From Schmidtea nova (Eukaryota): a stretch of DNA of 64,000 nucleotides. The DNA is taken from positions 16,678,001-16,742,000 of the forward strand of contig CM097882.1 of assembly GCA_044892505.1 (NCBI GenBank). Direction: 5' to 3'. The notes below the pieces were generated by a model. That model saw only the letters and a program-made list of their open reading frames with translations, had not been told where the DNA came from and made no database searches. The first letter of the stretch is position 1. Each line of letters starts with the position of its first letter. This document shows positions 1 through 12,570 of the stretch, in pieces. The translations under genes and the position numbers were made by a program.

Positions 1-498
1 TTTATTTGAGGATCACCACAACTTACAATTTATCCAAACTTGTTTTAATCAATATGATGTACACTCGTCAATTCGCACTTTCTTTCTTAATCGGATTTGA
101 TCCTCTCGTTAGGACGGTTACAAAGATATCTTTCTCACTTTGTTTATTGTCTTTTTTTGAATTTCGCAATGTTCTTCCTTCTTTCTCTTGGTAAATTTCA
201 ATAACTTTCTGTCCGTTAATCTTTCGGTTTTTAGGCCCCGTCCTTTAGTTTGCACTGCCTTTTATACATATCGCAAATGGCAATTAAATTTTATCAACAA
301 CCAAAAAGTTACCCAATCTCAGGCTTTATTGGTCCATCAACAAACTATTATGTTTGCGCTCGGGTTTGCCCTGCGCAATCTCCCACCTTTGATCTTACAA
401 GTTTCTACTGCGTTCGCGTTTCCTATTCATTTAAAATCTTTGATATATTTATAATTTTTTGCACTTTTATTTATTTCGATATTTCTTTGCTTTTACTA

Positions 499-1779
499 CA
501 GGGTTATTCATAATTATATGCAAAATTATTATTATTTATATTCAAAATTATTATAATTATATGCAAAATTATTCAAAGTTATATTCACAAATATTAAAAA
601 TTATATGCAAAATTATTACAATTTATATTCACAAATATTACAAATTATATGCAAAAAATCACAAGATAAAATATAAAAAGATACAATGATAATTTTGTTT
701 GTTTTTTTATTCAGATATATATATATATATAATGGTTGTTTTTATTATTCTTACATATAATTAAATTATGTTCTACTCTATGGATGACCAACAAGAACCT
801 CATAACGATGAAAACAATGATGACACTCGACGAAAAAGAACTATTATAACACAAAAGACGTTGTGAAATATAAATAATATGATGTTAAATGGCAAAACTG
901 CTGCTGAAATTGCGTTAAATCTGGACTTATCGAAGAGAACAGTTTATGAAAAGCTGAGTGATTTCATGAATGATAATGAAGATCTGAGTTCATTATTGCA
1001 CCGACCAGGGCCAAAACCAACGGAGATCACAGAAAAAGAAGTGGCAATAGCTGAAGCAGTTCAAAATGACCCAAGTTTGACGCAGAAAGGAATGGTCAAC
1101 ATTTTGGAGGGCAGAGTCATGGTTATAAGCCAACCAACTATTTCTCGAACTTTAAGAAAACTTGAACTTACTAGGAAAGGATAGTCGACAGAAAGAATTC
1201 TAGTCCAGTAATTAATACTAGGAAAGATTTTGCCATTAGGTATCGGCTCAAATCTGATAGTAATTTAATCTATCTTGACGAAACGGGATTGATTCTACCC
1301 TCAACAAGAAACTATGGGTATAGCCCGAAAAATACACCGGCGAGAGTGACATTGCCTACATCGAGAGGGAGGAATGTTTCGACATTGGCAATCATTTCTA
1401 ATACCGAGACTTTACACTGGAAATCTATACAAGGACCTTATAATTCGGCACTATTAGTCGAATTTCTAACAGAATATTTAACGAAACAAATTTTTAGGAA
1501 AAATATTATTGTTTTGATGGACAATGTGAGGTTCCATAAAACGGATATCGTAAGCAACTTTTTTTCGGAAAATAGCATTTTGTTAGATTTTTTACCACCC
1601 AGAGTTGAACTCTATTGAGGAGGTTTTCGGCACAAAATGAAAGCAAGATTTTATGAAAAATGACCAAAGGCAGTATGTGGAAGATGTTTTTATCGATATG
1701 AATTCAAATATTAACTTTGGTGAATTTTATGCGAACATGCGCGCTTACTTGGTGAAGGCGTTTAATGGTATACCGTTTT
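499..1779 (+). mobile_element. Tc1/IS630-family DNA transposon, 5' part (3' part resumes at 16958 after a 15.2-kb insertion)
   Basis: TA|CAGGGTTATTCATAATT start at 497-515; subterminal repeat block ~504-605 reappears reverse-complemented at ~17080-17182; encloses a DDE transposase remnant. Confidence 0.75.
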
Positions 1780-1782
1780 AGT
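780..1782 (+). pseudogene. DD34E Tc1/IS630-type transposase pseudogene
   Basis: HTH region (AAEIALNLDLSKRTVY; ISQPTISRTLRKL), LIYLDETG, IVLMDNVRFHK and a degenerate LPP..ELN.IEEVF; in-frame stops and frameshifts; ends ...KAFNGIPF*. Confidence 0.85.
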
Positions 1783-2376
1783 AGATAGTTATGAGGAGCA
1801 TGACTCATCGAAATTACGTCATCATTACGTAATATTTAATGACCCCCCCGATTTTTTTTGATGGCGTAATCGATGACGTAATTTCAAATTCAAATTTTAA
1901 ATTTAAATTTCCAAAGGTCAAATAAGGTCAAACCTTCAAACAATGGTATCATTCGAAAGGTCTTGGAGAGGTCTATCCAATGGTCATACCCTCGAAGGTT
2001 TATGGAGGGTCATTGACCTTCAAAGGGTCAAAAACCTTCAACTTTTTTCAAACCTTATAATATACATATCAAACAAAAGGTAATTGAGAGGTAAGTATGA
2101 TGGTCATACTTTCAAAGGTGTATGGAGTGTCCTGAACCTTGAAAGGGTCAAAAACCTTCAACCTTTTTTAATTCTTATAATATGTACATCAAACAAAAGG
2201 TAATTGAAGGGTGAGTATAATGGTCATACTATCTACTAACTAACTAATTTTTTGTACAGAGATAACTTGTGTGTGTGTTTAAGAAAAATTACTGTACTCA
2301 TTGAACGCGCGTTTCACGCGCGTTCTTCTTCCTTGTTGTATAAGACAAATCACAGTACGCATTGAACGCGCGTTCT
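1780..2376 (+). repeat. Left terminal region of the palindromic element (TIR-like)
   Basis: Reverse complement of 16339-16951 with few differences; clusters of TGACGT/TTACGT, TGACTCA and AAGGTCAA motifs; internal ~120-bp duplication. Confidence 0.85.
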
Positions 2377-2589
2377 NNNNNNNNNNNNNNNNNNNNNNNN
2401 NNNNNNNNNNNNNNNNNNNNNNNNNNNNNNNNNNNNNNNNNNNNNNNNNNNNNNNNNNNNNNNNNNNNNNNNNNNNNNNNNNNNNNNNNNNNNNNNNNNN
2501 NNNNNNNNNNNNNNNNNNNNNNNNNNNNNNNNNNNNNNNNNNNNNNNNNNNNNNNNNNNNNNNNNNNNNNNNNNNNNNNNNNNNNNNNC

Positions 2590-4365
2590 TCAACACAAAA
2601 TTCTTTCACTTCAAACATAAAGAAAATTAAGAATTCCAAAGACTTCACAATTCTTCCATCAGATAAAACAAATCGACTAATTGCTCTTGACACAGAACAA
2701 TACAATACTCTATTTGAAGAACATCTCTCGAACTATGAACCGATAAACAAAATAATCTTACCTGCATCGACTCAGATTTTATACAATAAGAAACTTTCAA
2801 CACTTGCAAATAAACAAATTAACCTTCAAATCAAAGATTTACTTTTAAAATGCAACTGCAGTGAGCCTTTACCTAGTAATATGACTATGTTACCTAAAGA
2901 TCACAAAAGTCCTTTAAAAGGTAGACCTCTTGTATCTGCAGTTGACACTCCTTCCACAACACTTTCTAAAGTTCTTTCAGAAATTCTAAAAACACTTTTG
3001 CCTTTGGTTCCTTCTCATCTTAAAAACACAACTGAATTCGTCTCCGAAATTACAAATACGTCTCTTCCGTTAAACTCAGGACAACAGTACTTCTGGGGAT
3101 CTCTTGACGTTTCCAATCTTTACGGATCTATTCCTCTTCACGGAGAGAATAACATTTTCGATATCGCAGCTTCTTTCTTTGAAACTCATAAAGCCAATAC
3201 TGACCTCGCAGACTTAACTAAACAAGACTTTATAGAACTTCTAAAATTAGCAATAAATTCAGATACTGTCATAATTAAAGAAAAACCATTTAAACAAATT
3301 CATGGATTAGCCATGGGTAATAACCTTTCTCCCATCTTAGCCATCTTCTACATGAACTTTATAGAATCTAAGATCATATCTTTTTTTGGGGACAAAATAC
3401 TTTTCTGGAAACGATACATCGACGACATCTTCATAGTCTCCACAATCCCTCTCAATCAAATCCTATCACACGCAAATTCTACTAACACCAACATACAATT
3501 TACTTTTGAAACACCGAACACAGAAGGTAAAATACCGTTTTTAGATACCATGGTAAGTTTCACAAAAGGCCAAGATACACTAAATGCAAACACCGAGCTA
3601 TATTCTAAAGGTTTACATAGCGGTCATATCCTCCCATGGAAAAGCCACGTTCCACTTCAACGCAAAATCGCATTACTAATAGGAGAAAGAAAAAGAGCCA
3701 TAAGAAACTGTTCAGACGCAAACAAAATACAAGAAACATTAGAAAACTTCAAAATACGATTCCTCCAAAATGGATACCCTGAAGACTTTGTAAAGAAACA
3801 CTTCCTTAACGAACCATACCACAATAAACGCAACAATAGAAAACGCCAGAAACACAATAACAATAACAAACACACAACATATCTAAGATTACCTTTCCTA
3901 AATGACACTACAGCCAACAAAATCACCAACATTTTTAATCAAACAGATTTGCCTATCCACATCCGTCCAACGTTCATAACCTCCGCACCGTTAAAATCAC
4001 AACTCCGAAAGCCACCAATTTCCAACATCTCCAAACATAAATGTCTTTGTCGTTCCACAACCCGATGCTTTTGCTTTTCCAAAAATATAGTATATAAACT
4101 TTCTTGTCAAAAATGTGACGCTACTTACATAGGAGAAACACATAGAACTTTTCGCACCCGACTTAATGAACATACTAAAATCAAAACCAGTAATTATTAC
4201 GAACACTGGGAAAAAGTACATAAAACAACTCCATCTATAGAAGAAACAAAATGCCAGATCCTACAAGAGGGATTCAAAAATTCATTACAAAGATTAGCTT
4301 CCGAGACTTTTTTCATAAAAAAATACAAACCGTCCATCAACATTCAATTCGCACAAAAAAATTAA
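2590..4365 (+). CDS. Penelope-like element polyprotein (reverse transcriptase + GIY-YIG endonuclease); 5' end masked or truncated
   Basis: Open for ~590 codons; RT motifs SDKTNR, LDVSNLYGSIP, GLAMGNNLSP, RYIDDIF; endonuclease NIVYKLSCQKCDATYIGETHRTFRTRLNEH. Confidence 0.93.
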   Translation, partial: STQNSFTSNIKKIKNSKDFTILPSDKTNRLIALDTEQYNTLFEEHLSNYEPINKIILPASTQILYNKKLSTLANKQINLQIKDLLLKCNCSEPLPSNMTMLPKDHKSPLKGRPLVSAVDTPSTTLSKVLSEILKTLLPLVPSHLKNTTEFVSEITNTSLPLNSGQQYFWGSLDVSNLYGSIPLHGENNIFDIAASFFETHKANTDLADLTKQDFIELLKLAINSDTVIIKEKPFKQIHGLAMGNNLSPILAIFYMNFIESKIISFFGDKILFWKRYIDDIFIVSTIPLNQILSHANSTNTNIQFTFETPNTEGKIPFLDTMVSFTKGQDTLNANTELYSKGLHSGHILPWKSHVPLQRKIALLIGERKRAIRNCSDANKIQETLENFKIRFLQNGYPEDFVKKHFLNEPYHNKRNNRKRQKHNNNNKHTTYLRLPFLNDTTANKITNIFNQTDLPIHIRPTFITSAPLKSQLRKPPISNISKHKCLCRSTTRCFCFSKNIVYKLSCQKCDATYIGETHRTFRTRLNEHTKIKTSNYYEHWEKVHKTTPSIEETKCQILQEGFKNSLQRLASETFFIKKYKPSINIQFAQKN

Positions 4366-4458
4366 AATAAAATAAATTTTTTCATCCAATAAAATCATTA
4401 TAAAATATTAAAAAAATAATTAAGGCTACTATTTAGGATTAAGTAAATATAACGATAG

Positions 4459-4501
4459 AAATACACACTTGATAAAGGCTGTGCCGAAATATTGTGTTAT
4501 T
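4459..4501 (+). ncRNA. Minimal type I hammerhead ribozyme, U3-A8 variant, in the PLE 3' region
   Basis: ACAC-TTGATAA-A-GGC(TGT)GCC-GAAA-TA-TT-GTGT: stem I ACAC/GTGT, compensated U3-A8 core, stem II, GAAA, palindromic ATAT stem III; 94 bp after the PLE stop codon. Confidence 0.72.
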
Positions 4502-6739
4502 GTTTATAAAAAAAAAATTTTGATCTATAGTCATTATGAGAATTATTGATAATAATAATAAAAAAAGATCAAANNNNNNNNNNNNNNNNNNNNNNNNNNN
4601 NNNNNNNNNNNNNNNNNNNNNNNNNNNNNNNNNNNNNNNNNNNNNNNNNNNNNNNNNNNNNNNNNNNNNNNNNNNNNNNNNNNNNNNNNNNNNNNNNNNN
4701 NNNNNNNNNNNNNNNNNNNNNNNNNNNNNNNNNNNNNNNNNNNNNNNNNNNNNNNNNNNNNNNNNNNNNNNNNNNNNNNNNNNNNNNNNTTTTAATAATT
4801 AATTTTTATTAATTTATTTTTATTAATTTTTATTAATTTATATTAATTATTAATTTTAATTAATTTATTTTTATTTATTTTTATTAATTTTTGTAAAGGA
4901 TTTTTACTCTGGTTATTTTGAATAGGAATTTCTACTCCGAGATTTTCTAGAGCAAAAAAGGGACTCTGGGGTTTTTGTACAGGAATTTTTGATCTGGATT
5001 TTTGTATAAGACTTTTAGTCCTATTATTTTGTATAGGATTTTCAACTCCGAGATTTTCTCGGGCAAAAAGGGACTCTGGTAATTTGAATATGATTTTTGA
5101 TCTTGATTTTGATTTTGAAATAATATTTTGGTCGAGGAAAATTAAAAATTGGTCAGAATCAAATAATTTTTATACCAATCTACTGAGAATCGAATGACGA
5201 ACAAAAAAGGTTCAAAAAGTAAAAACATGAAAATTTTGACTTTTCCGACCCAATTTTTACACGTAAAAAGGGTCAACTCGGGGAAATTCAAAAAAATTAA
5301 AAAGTTGTCAGAATTCAATAATTTTTATACCAATCTACTGAGAATTGAAAGGCAAACAATAATGGTCAAAAAATTAAAATCATGAAAAAATCAAAATTTT
5401 ATACGTAAAATTACAGTCTCAGTAAAAAAGGGTAAAATACATAAAAACGTGGAAATATTTAAAATAAAAATTTTTAAACTAAATAATTAAATCTAAATAA
5501 ATTTATGATAATTAAATAAAAAAGTAAATAAATTCTATACGAATTTCAAAACTCAATAAATAATTCACTCATTATTTTGTATTTAATTTATCAAGTAAAA
5601 TGGTACATTAAATAAAAAAGTAAATAAATTCTATACGAATTTCAAAACTCAGTAAATAATTCACTCATTATTTTGTATTGAATTTATCAAGTAAAATGAT
5701 ACATTAAATAAAAGCATGGAAATAATAAGTAAATTAAACTTAGAATTTAAAAATAATTTGTACTGGATTTATGAAAAATATCAAAGTAAATAAATTAAAG
5801 ATAGAATTTTAAAAATAATTATGAATTTAATGATAAATAGAAATATAAGTAAATTAAGAATAAAAAAGTAAATTAAGAAAGACGTGAGTTTTAATGTCAT
5901 AATTTAAAAAAGAATTGCTTTTAAAGGAACTTTTTAAGGTAATATTTGAAAAATGTGAGAATAATTAATTATTTTTTAAAGTAAAATTTATTAACAATAA
6001 GGTCAATGTAGAATTTTTTAGCAATAAAATCAATGAAAATTTTTTTAATTAATATTTTTCATAAGTAAAATTTTTTAACTAATAAATACAAATCTAATTG
6101 TTTTTTTTTCAATATGATGTTTTTTAAGGAAATGATCAAATGTAGTAAATAAAACACATGTAAATATTGAATTTATTTAGAATAAAAATAGTTATTAAAC
6201 AAGATTTTTTATAATTTTGTATACTAAGTTAAAAAATATCAATTAATGACATAAATTTTTAAAAATAAACGTAATAATTNNNNNNNNNNNNNNNNNNNNN
6301 NNNNNNNNNNNNNNNNNNNNNNNNNNNNNNNNNNNNNNNNNNNNNNNNNNNNNNNNNNNNNNNNNNNNNNNNNNNNNNNNNNNNNNNNNNNNNNNNNNNN
6401 NNNNNNNNNNNNNNNNNNNNNNNNNNNNNNNNNNNNNNNNNNNNNNNNNNNNNNNNNNNNNNNNNNNNNNCTAAGTACCAGCAATAAACCGATCAACTAA
6501 CTAATAATCTCATTACACACACAAATAAACCACTGACTAGTAACTGATCAAATGCCAACTGACTCTATCCACAAATCAACAATCGATTAGTTACTTACAA
6601 GTTACCAACTGACTCTATATATTAACCAACTAGGAAATTTTTCCATGTGTCAATCACTTCCTATTGCCTATATATCAAATATTCCAATCCCCTTAGTTAA
6701 AAATAGTACAATTCCTTACTTACTAACTTTATCTATACT

Positions 6740-7636
6740 AACCAACTAACTAACTATACATACTAACCCAAAACCACTTCCTTACTAACCAACTAGTTCT
6801 ATACATCAACCAACTAACTCTTCACATTAACCAAGTAACTAACTAACTAACTAACCAGCAACCAATACATTACTAACCAACTAGTTCTATACATTAACCA
6901 ACTAACTTTATTCACATTAACCAAGTAACTAACTAACTGACTAACTATACATACTAACCAGCAACCACTTCCTTACTAACCAACTAGTTCTATACATCAA
7001 CCAACTAACTCTTCACATTAACCAACCAACTAACTAACTAACCAGCAACCACTTCCTTACTAACCAACTAGTTCTATACATCAACCAACTAACTCTTCAC
7101 ATTAACCAACCAACTAACTAACTAACCAAAAACCACTTCCTTACTAACCAACTAGTTCTATACATCAACCAACTAACTCTTCACATTAACCAAGTAACTA
7201 ACTAACTAACCAGCAACCAATACATTACTAACCAACTAGTTCTATACATTAACCAACTTACTTTATTCACATTAACCAAGTAACTAAATAACTGACTAAC
7301 TATACATACTAACCAGCAACCACTTCCTTACTAACCAACTAGTTCTATACATCAACCAACTAACTCTTCACATTAACCAACCAACTAACTAACTAACCAG
7401 CAACCACTTCCTTACTAACCAACTAGTTCTATACATCAACCAACTAACTCTTCACATTAACCAAGTAACTAACTAACTAACTAACCAGCAATCAATTCAT
7501 TACTAACCAACTAGTTCTATACATCAACCAACTAACTTTTCACATTAACCAAGTAACTAACTAACTAACTAACCAGCAATCAATTCATTACTAACCAACT
7601 AGTTCTATGCATCAACCAACTAACTCTTCACATTAA
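6740..7636 (+). repeat. A/C-rich minisatellite, ~10 units of ~84-105 bp built on TAAC/CAAC microrepeats
   Basis: AACTAGTTCTATACATCAACCAACTAACTCTTCACATTAACC recurs regularly; mirrored at ~13100-13995. Confidence 0.9.
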
Positions 7637-8170
7637 CTAGATATGATATTTAAAACTAACTGATTCTAAATATCGTGTAATAAAATTAAATTTATTACTT
7701 TGAATAATAGAATTAATCTTTAGTTGATTATCAGTTTTCAAAAAGGTATACTAATATCTACGTACTTAAAATAAAATTTTTAAAGTTATTAAAATTTTGA
7801 ATATATTTAAAATGCAAATGACTTTTAATTCAAAGCTCTTTTGAAATCATTGTTCATCTATTTCTTCACTTGATAACTAACATGTATAATTAATTTAAAA
7901 ATCATTATAAAAACTATGTTACCTAGGTAAACATATTAAAAGGATAAGTAAGCAACTAATGAAATATTTTTTGATACTTCTTATTACATGTCCAATTTAA
8001 TTCTTCACTCCGATAATTTAAATGATTAAATAAATAAATATTCAATTATTTCTAAAAATAATAAAAATTAATTCAAAATTTCAATACAAATATTTATTTA
8101 TTAAACATTTTTATTATCAAACATGTGTATTTTATCAGGTTTCACATAAACTGCAATCATGAAAATATAA

Positions 8171-8757
8171 TTTGAATCTTTTACAGGTAAAAACCATCAC
8201 AAAAGAGGTTCTGCTACCAAAGGTTATGTTAGAAAGGTTCTGCTACGTGATAAATCTAATGAAAATGTATCGATAATGGTATATAAGTGAATATACAATA
8301 TGAATCTTTTACAGGTAAAAACCATCACAAAAGAGGTTCTGCTACCAAAGGTTATGTTAGAAAGGTTCTGCTACGTGATAAATCTAATGAAAATGTATCG
8401 ATAATGGTATATAAGTGAATATACAATATGAATCTTTTACAGGTAAAAACCATCACAAAAGAGGTTCTGCTACCAAAGGTTCTGTTAGAAAGGTTCTGCT
8501 ACGTGATAAATCTAATGAAAATGTATCGATAATGGTATATAAGTGAATATACAATATGAATCTTTTACAGGTAAAAACCATCACAAAAGAGGTTCTGCTA
8601 CCAAAGGTTCTGTTAGAAAGGTTCTGCTACGTGATAAATCTAATGAAAATGTATCGATAATGGTATATAAGTGAATATACAATATGAATCTTTTACAGGT
8701 AAAAACCATCACAAAAGAGGTTCTGCTACCAAAGGTTCTGTTAGAAAGGTTCTGATA
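8171..8757 (+). repeat. 128-bp tandem repeat (5 unit starts: 8187, 8315, 8443, 8571, 8699)
   Basis: Exact 128-bp period of TTTTACAG|GTAAAAACCATCACAAAAGAGGTTCTGCTACC... Confidence 0.95.
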
Positions 8758-9270
8758 CTGAATATAATTGTTAATAATAAATTTTACCAAAATATTTATT
8801 GATTTTTAATTTTAATTATTTTCAGTGAATTATTAATATTAATATTTTTATTATTACCACGTAATAATTTTGTAACATTAAATCTGTTTCGAATGTTCTT
8901 TATGAAATTTATAAAAGTTGATATAATAAGAAAAACTAATCAATTTATTCACAAAGGGCAAATTATGTATGTGATGCAGCTACCTGTTTGGGTATAGTAA
9001 CTTTTCATTGAATTGCGAGAGTTTTTATCATAATTCGATGCATTACAATATTTTTTGATATAATCTGTCTATTAAAAGATTTTGCATAAATAATCATTTA
9101 TCATATATTTTGCATAAATAATTTATTATCATATTAAAATAAAGTGTGTATCTGCACACAAAAATATCAATAAATAAAAAATTAATAAAAATGTTAAACG
9201 AAATCTGATTGGTCAATTTAAATTATGAAAACATATATAAATTGATTAAAAATTACAGATTTCATTAAAA

Positions 9271-9822
9271 ATGTATCAACTTAAAAGTAGGTTTAATTAA
9301 TTTTAAATGATTATTTTTAATATTTTTAATATTTTATTCTAGAATCTTCGAACAAAAATATGTTGAAACAAGAAGTAATGAAAATTATTCTTGAAGAAAA
9401 TTCTATTTCGGCATCAAATTTGGTTAGGAATCCTGCAGTTCAATTTCTACAATACTCGATGGAATATTTAAAATTTCCAATCATTTATTCATTTAAAGTA
9501 TATATTTTTATTTAATTAAAATAAATTTCTAATAATTATTTTATAGGAACCTGTTACATTGAAACAATGCATGTATAATCTTCAAGTGGGGAAAATTGGA
9601 GATATTGATAGACGAAATATTTCAGAAATTTTGTTAGCAATCAACAAAGAAATACAATTTAATGAAGCTTTTACGTATATGAATTGCATTAAAGATTGTA
9701 ATTTGAAAAATCCCGATGAAAATTCAATATATCAAATTAAAATAATGATTCAAGGCTTCAAAGAATCTAATGATGTTGTCAAACCTGTTTGGAAAATTAT
9801 AGAAACAAATATATGTGAATAA
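9271..9822 (+). CDS. Three-exon orphan gene, 148 aa (exons 9271-9286, 9343-9497, 9547-9822), left-arm copy
   Basis: GT-AG introns of 56 and 49 nt with compatible phases give an uninterrupted 447-nt CDS (MYQLKKSSNKNMLKQEVMKIILEE...KPVWKIIETNICE*); inverted CCAAT box (CTGATTGGTCAA) ~60 bp upstream. An AG at 9257-9258 means a further upstream exon is possible. Confidence 0.75.
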
Positions 9823-10249
9823 AATTTATTTATCAAATCTTATCTTTTCATTTCAATTTATTTTATTTTATTTTATTTTTTGATTTGGTTAATTTAAATT
9901 TTTAATAACAATTATTTTTTGTGTTAAATTTATTACCAAATATTAAAAATCGAATAGTTTTTTATTAAATAAAAATAATTAATTTTATTATCATAATTAT
10001 TCTAAATTGATTTTGTTTTAATAATTGATTATACGTTTAAAATTAAAATTCAAATTAATTTTCTTTAATATTTCCCGGCAACAATAATTAATTCGGAATT
10101 TGATATATATTCGAATATATATATATATATCAAATTCCGAATTAATTATTGTTGCCGGGAAATATTAAAGAAAATTAATTTGAATTTTAATTTTAAACGT
10201 ATAATCAATTATTAAAACAAAATCAATTTAGAATAATTATGATAATAAA

Positions 10250-10985
10250 ATTAATTATTTTTATTTAATAAAAAACTATTCGATTTTTAATATTTGGTAA
10301 TAAATTTAACACAAAAAATAATTGTTATTAAAAATTTAAATTAACCAAAACAAAAAATAAAATAAAATATTAATTATTTTTATTTTAATAAAAAACTAAT
10401 CGATTTTTAATATTTGGTAATAAATTTAACACAAAAAATAATTGATATTAAAAATTTAAATTAATTATTTTTATTTTAATAAAAAACTATTCGACTTTAA
10501 ATATTTGGTAATAAATTTAACACAAAAAATAATTGTTATTAAAAATTTAAATTAACCAAAACAAAAAATAAAATAAAATATTAATTATTTTTATTTTAAT
10601 AAAAAACTAATCGATTTTTAATATTTGGTAATAAATTTAACACAAAAAATAATTGATATTAAAAATTTAAATTAATTATTTTTATTTTAATAAAAAACTA
10701 TTCGACTTTAAATATTTGGTAATAAATTTAACACAAAAAATAATTGTTATTAAAAATTTAAATTAACCAAAACAAAAAATAAAATAAAATATTAATTATT
10801 TTTATTTTAATAAAAAACTAATCGATTTTTAATATTTGGTAATAAATTTAACACAAAAAATAATTGATATTAAAAATTTAAATTAATTATTTTTATTTTA
10901 ATAAAAAACTATTCGACTTTAAATATTTGGTAATAAATTTAACACAAAAAATAATTGTTATTAAAAATTTAAATTAACCAAATCA
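10250..10985 (+). repeat. AT-rich tandem expansion (~90/120-bp alternating units) present only in the right arm
   Basis: TAATAAAAAACTA(A/T)TCGA...GGTAATAAATTTAACACAAAAAATAATTG repeated ~7 times; single copy at ~9860-9985 in the left arm. Confidence 0.85.
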
Positions 10986-11043
10986 AAAAATAAAATAAAA
11001 TAAAATAAATTGAAATGAAAAGATAAGATTTGATAAATAAATT

Positions 11044-11595
11044 TTATTCACATATATTTGTTTCTATAATTTTCCAAACAGGTTTGACAACATCATTAGA
11101 TTCTTTGAAGCCTTGAATCATTATTTTAATTTGATATATTGAATTTTCATCGGGATTTTTCAAATTACAATCTTTAATGCAATTCATATACGTAAAAGCT
11201 TCATTAAATTGTATTTCTTTGTTGATTGCTAACAAAATTTCTGAAATATTTCGTCTATCAATATCTCCAATTTTCCCCACTTGAAGATTATACATGCATT
11301 GTTTCAATGTAACAGGTTCCTATAAAATAATTATTAGAAATTTATTTTAATTAAATAAAAATATATACTTTAAATGAATAAATGATTGGAAATTTTAAAT
11401 ATTCCATCGAGTATTGTAGAAATTGAACTGCAGGATTCCTAACCAAATTTGATGCCGAAATAGAATTTTCTTCAAGAATAATTTTCATTACTTCTTGTTT
11501 CAACATATTTTTGTTCGAAGATTCTAGAATAAAATATTAAAAATATTAAAAATAATCATTTAAAATTAATTAAACCTACTTTTAAGTTGATACAT
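11044..11595 (-). CDS. Three-exon orphan gene, identical right-arm copy (exons 11595-11580, 11523-11369, 11319-11044)
   Basis: Exact mirror of 9271-9822 (coordinates sum to 20866). Confidence 0.75.
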
Positions 11596-12109
11596 TTTTA
11601 ATGAAATCTGTAATTTTTAATCAATTTATATATGTTTTCATAATTTAAATTGACCAATCAGATTTCGTTTAACATTTTTATTAATTTTTTATTTATTGAT
11701 ATTTTTGTGTGCAGATACACACTTTATTTTAATATGATAATAAATTATTTATGCAAAATATATGATAAATGATTATTTATGCAAAATCTTTTAATAGACA
11801 GATTATATCAAAAAATATTGTAATGCATCGAATTATGATAAAAACTCTCGCAATTCAATGAAAAGTTACTATACCCAAACAGGTAGCTGCATCACATACA
11901 TAATTTGCCCTTTGTGAATAAATTGATTAGTTTTTCTTATTATATCAACTTTTATAAATTTCATAAAGAACATTCGAAACAGATTTAATGTTACAAAATT
12001 ATTACGTGGTAATAATAAAAATATTAATATTAATAATTCACTGAAAATAATTAAAATGAAAAATCAATAAATATTTTGGTAAAATTTATTATTAACAATT
12101 ATATTCAGT

Positions 12110-12570
12110 ATCAGAACCTTTCTAACAGAACCTTTGGTAGCAGAACCTCTTTTGTGATGGTTTTTACCTGTAAAAGATTCATATTGTATATTCACTTATA
12201 TACCATTATCGATACATTTTCATTAGATTTATCACGTAGCAGAACCTTTCTAACAGAACCTTTGGTAGCAGAACCTCTTTTGTGATGGTTTTTACCTGTA
12301 AAAGATTCATATTGTATATTCACTTATATACCATTATCGATACATTTTCATTAGATTTATCACGTAGCAGAACCTTTCTAACAGAACCTTTGGTAGCAGA
12401 ACCTCTTTTTTGATGGTTTTTACCTGTAAAAGATTCATATTGTATATTCACTTATATACCATTATCGATACATTTTCATTAGATTTATCACGTAGCAGAA
12501 CCTTTCTAACATAACCTTTGGTAGCAGAACCTCTTTTGTGATGGTTTTTACCTGTAAAAGATTCAAATTA
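12110..12570 (-). repeat. Mirror 128-bp tandem repeat with one unit fewer
   Basis: Four GGTTTTTACCTG unit boundaries versus five in the left arm. Confidence 0.9.

Noticed and set aside
1-455. ORF-track ORFs, or a gypsy LTR/internal junction at the window start
   Set aside because: The ORFs are featureless, and resemblance to the LTR family (TGTGGTGATCCTCAAATAA on the minus strand) is too short to support a call.
2296-2335. GAAACGCGCGTT as a complete hammerhead on the minus strand
   Set aside because: It has a plausible GAAA plus palindromic stem III half, but no CUGANGA or UUGANAA core is visible in unmasked sequence.
6740-7636. Minisatellite as telomeric repeat or coding repeat
   Set aside because: TTAG/TTGG units do not form TTAGGG or TTAGG arrays, and stops are frequent in the frames checked.
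8171-8757. 128-bp array as a CRISPR array or as the 69-aa ORFs in the track
   Set aside because: Units are whole tandem duplicates with no unique spacers, the context is eukaryotic, and the ORFs are incidental repeat translations.
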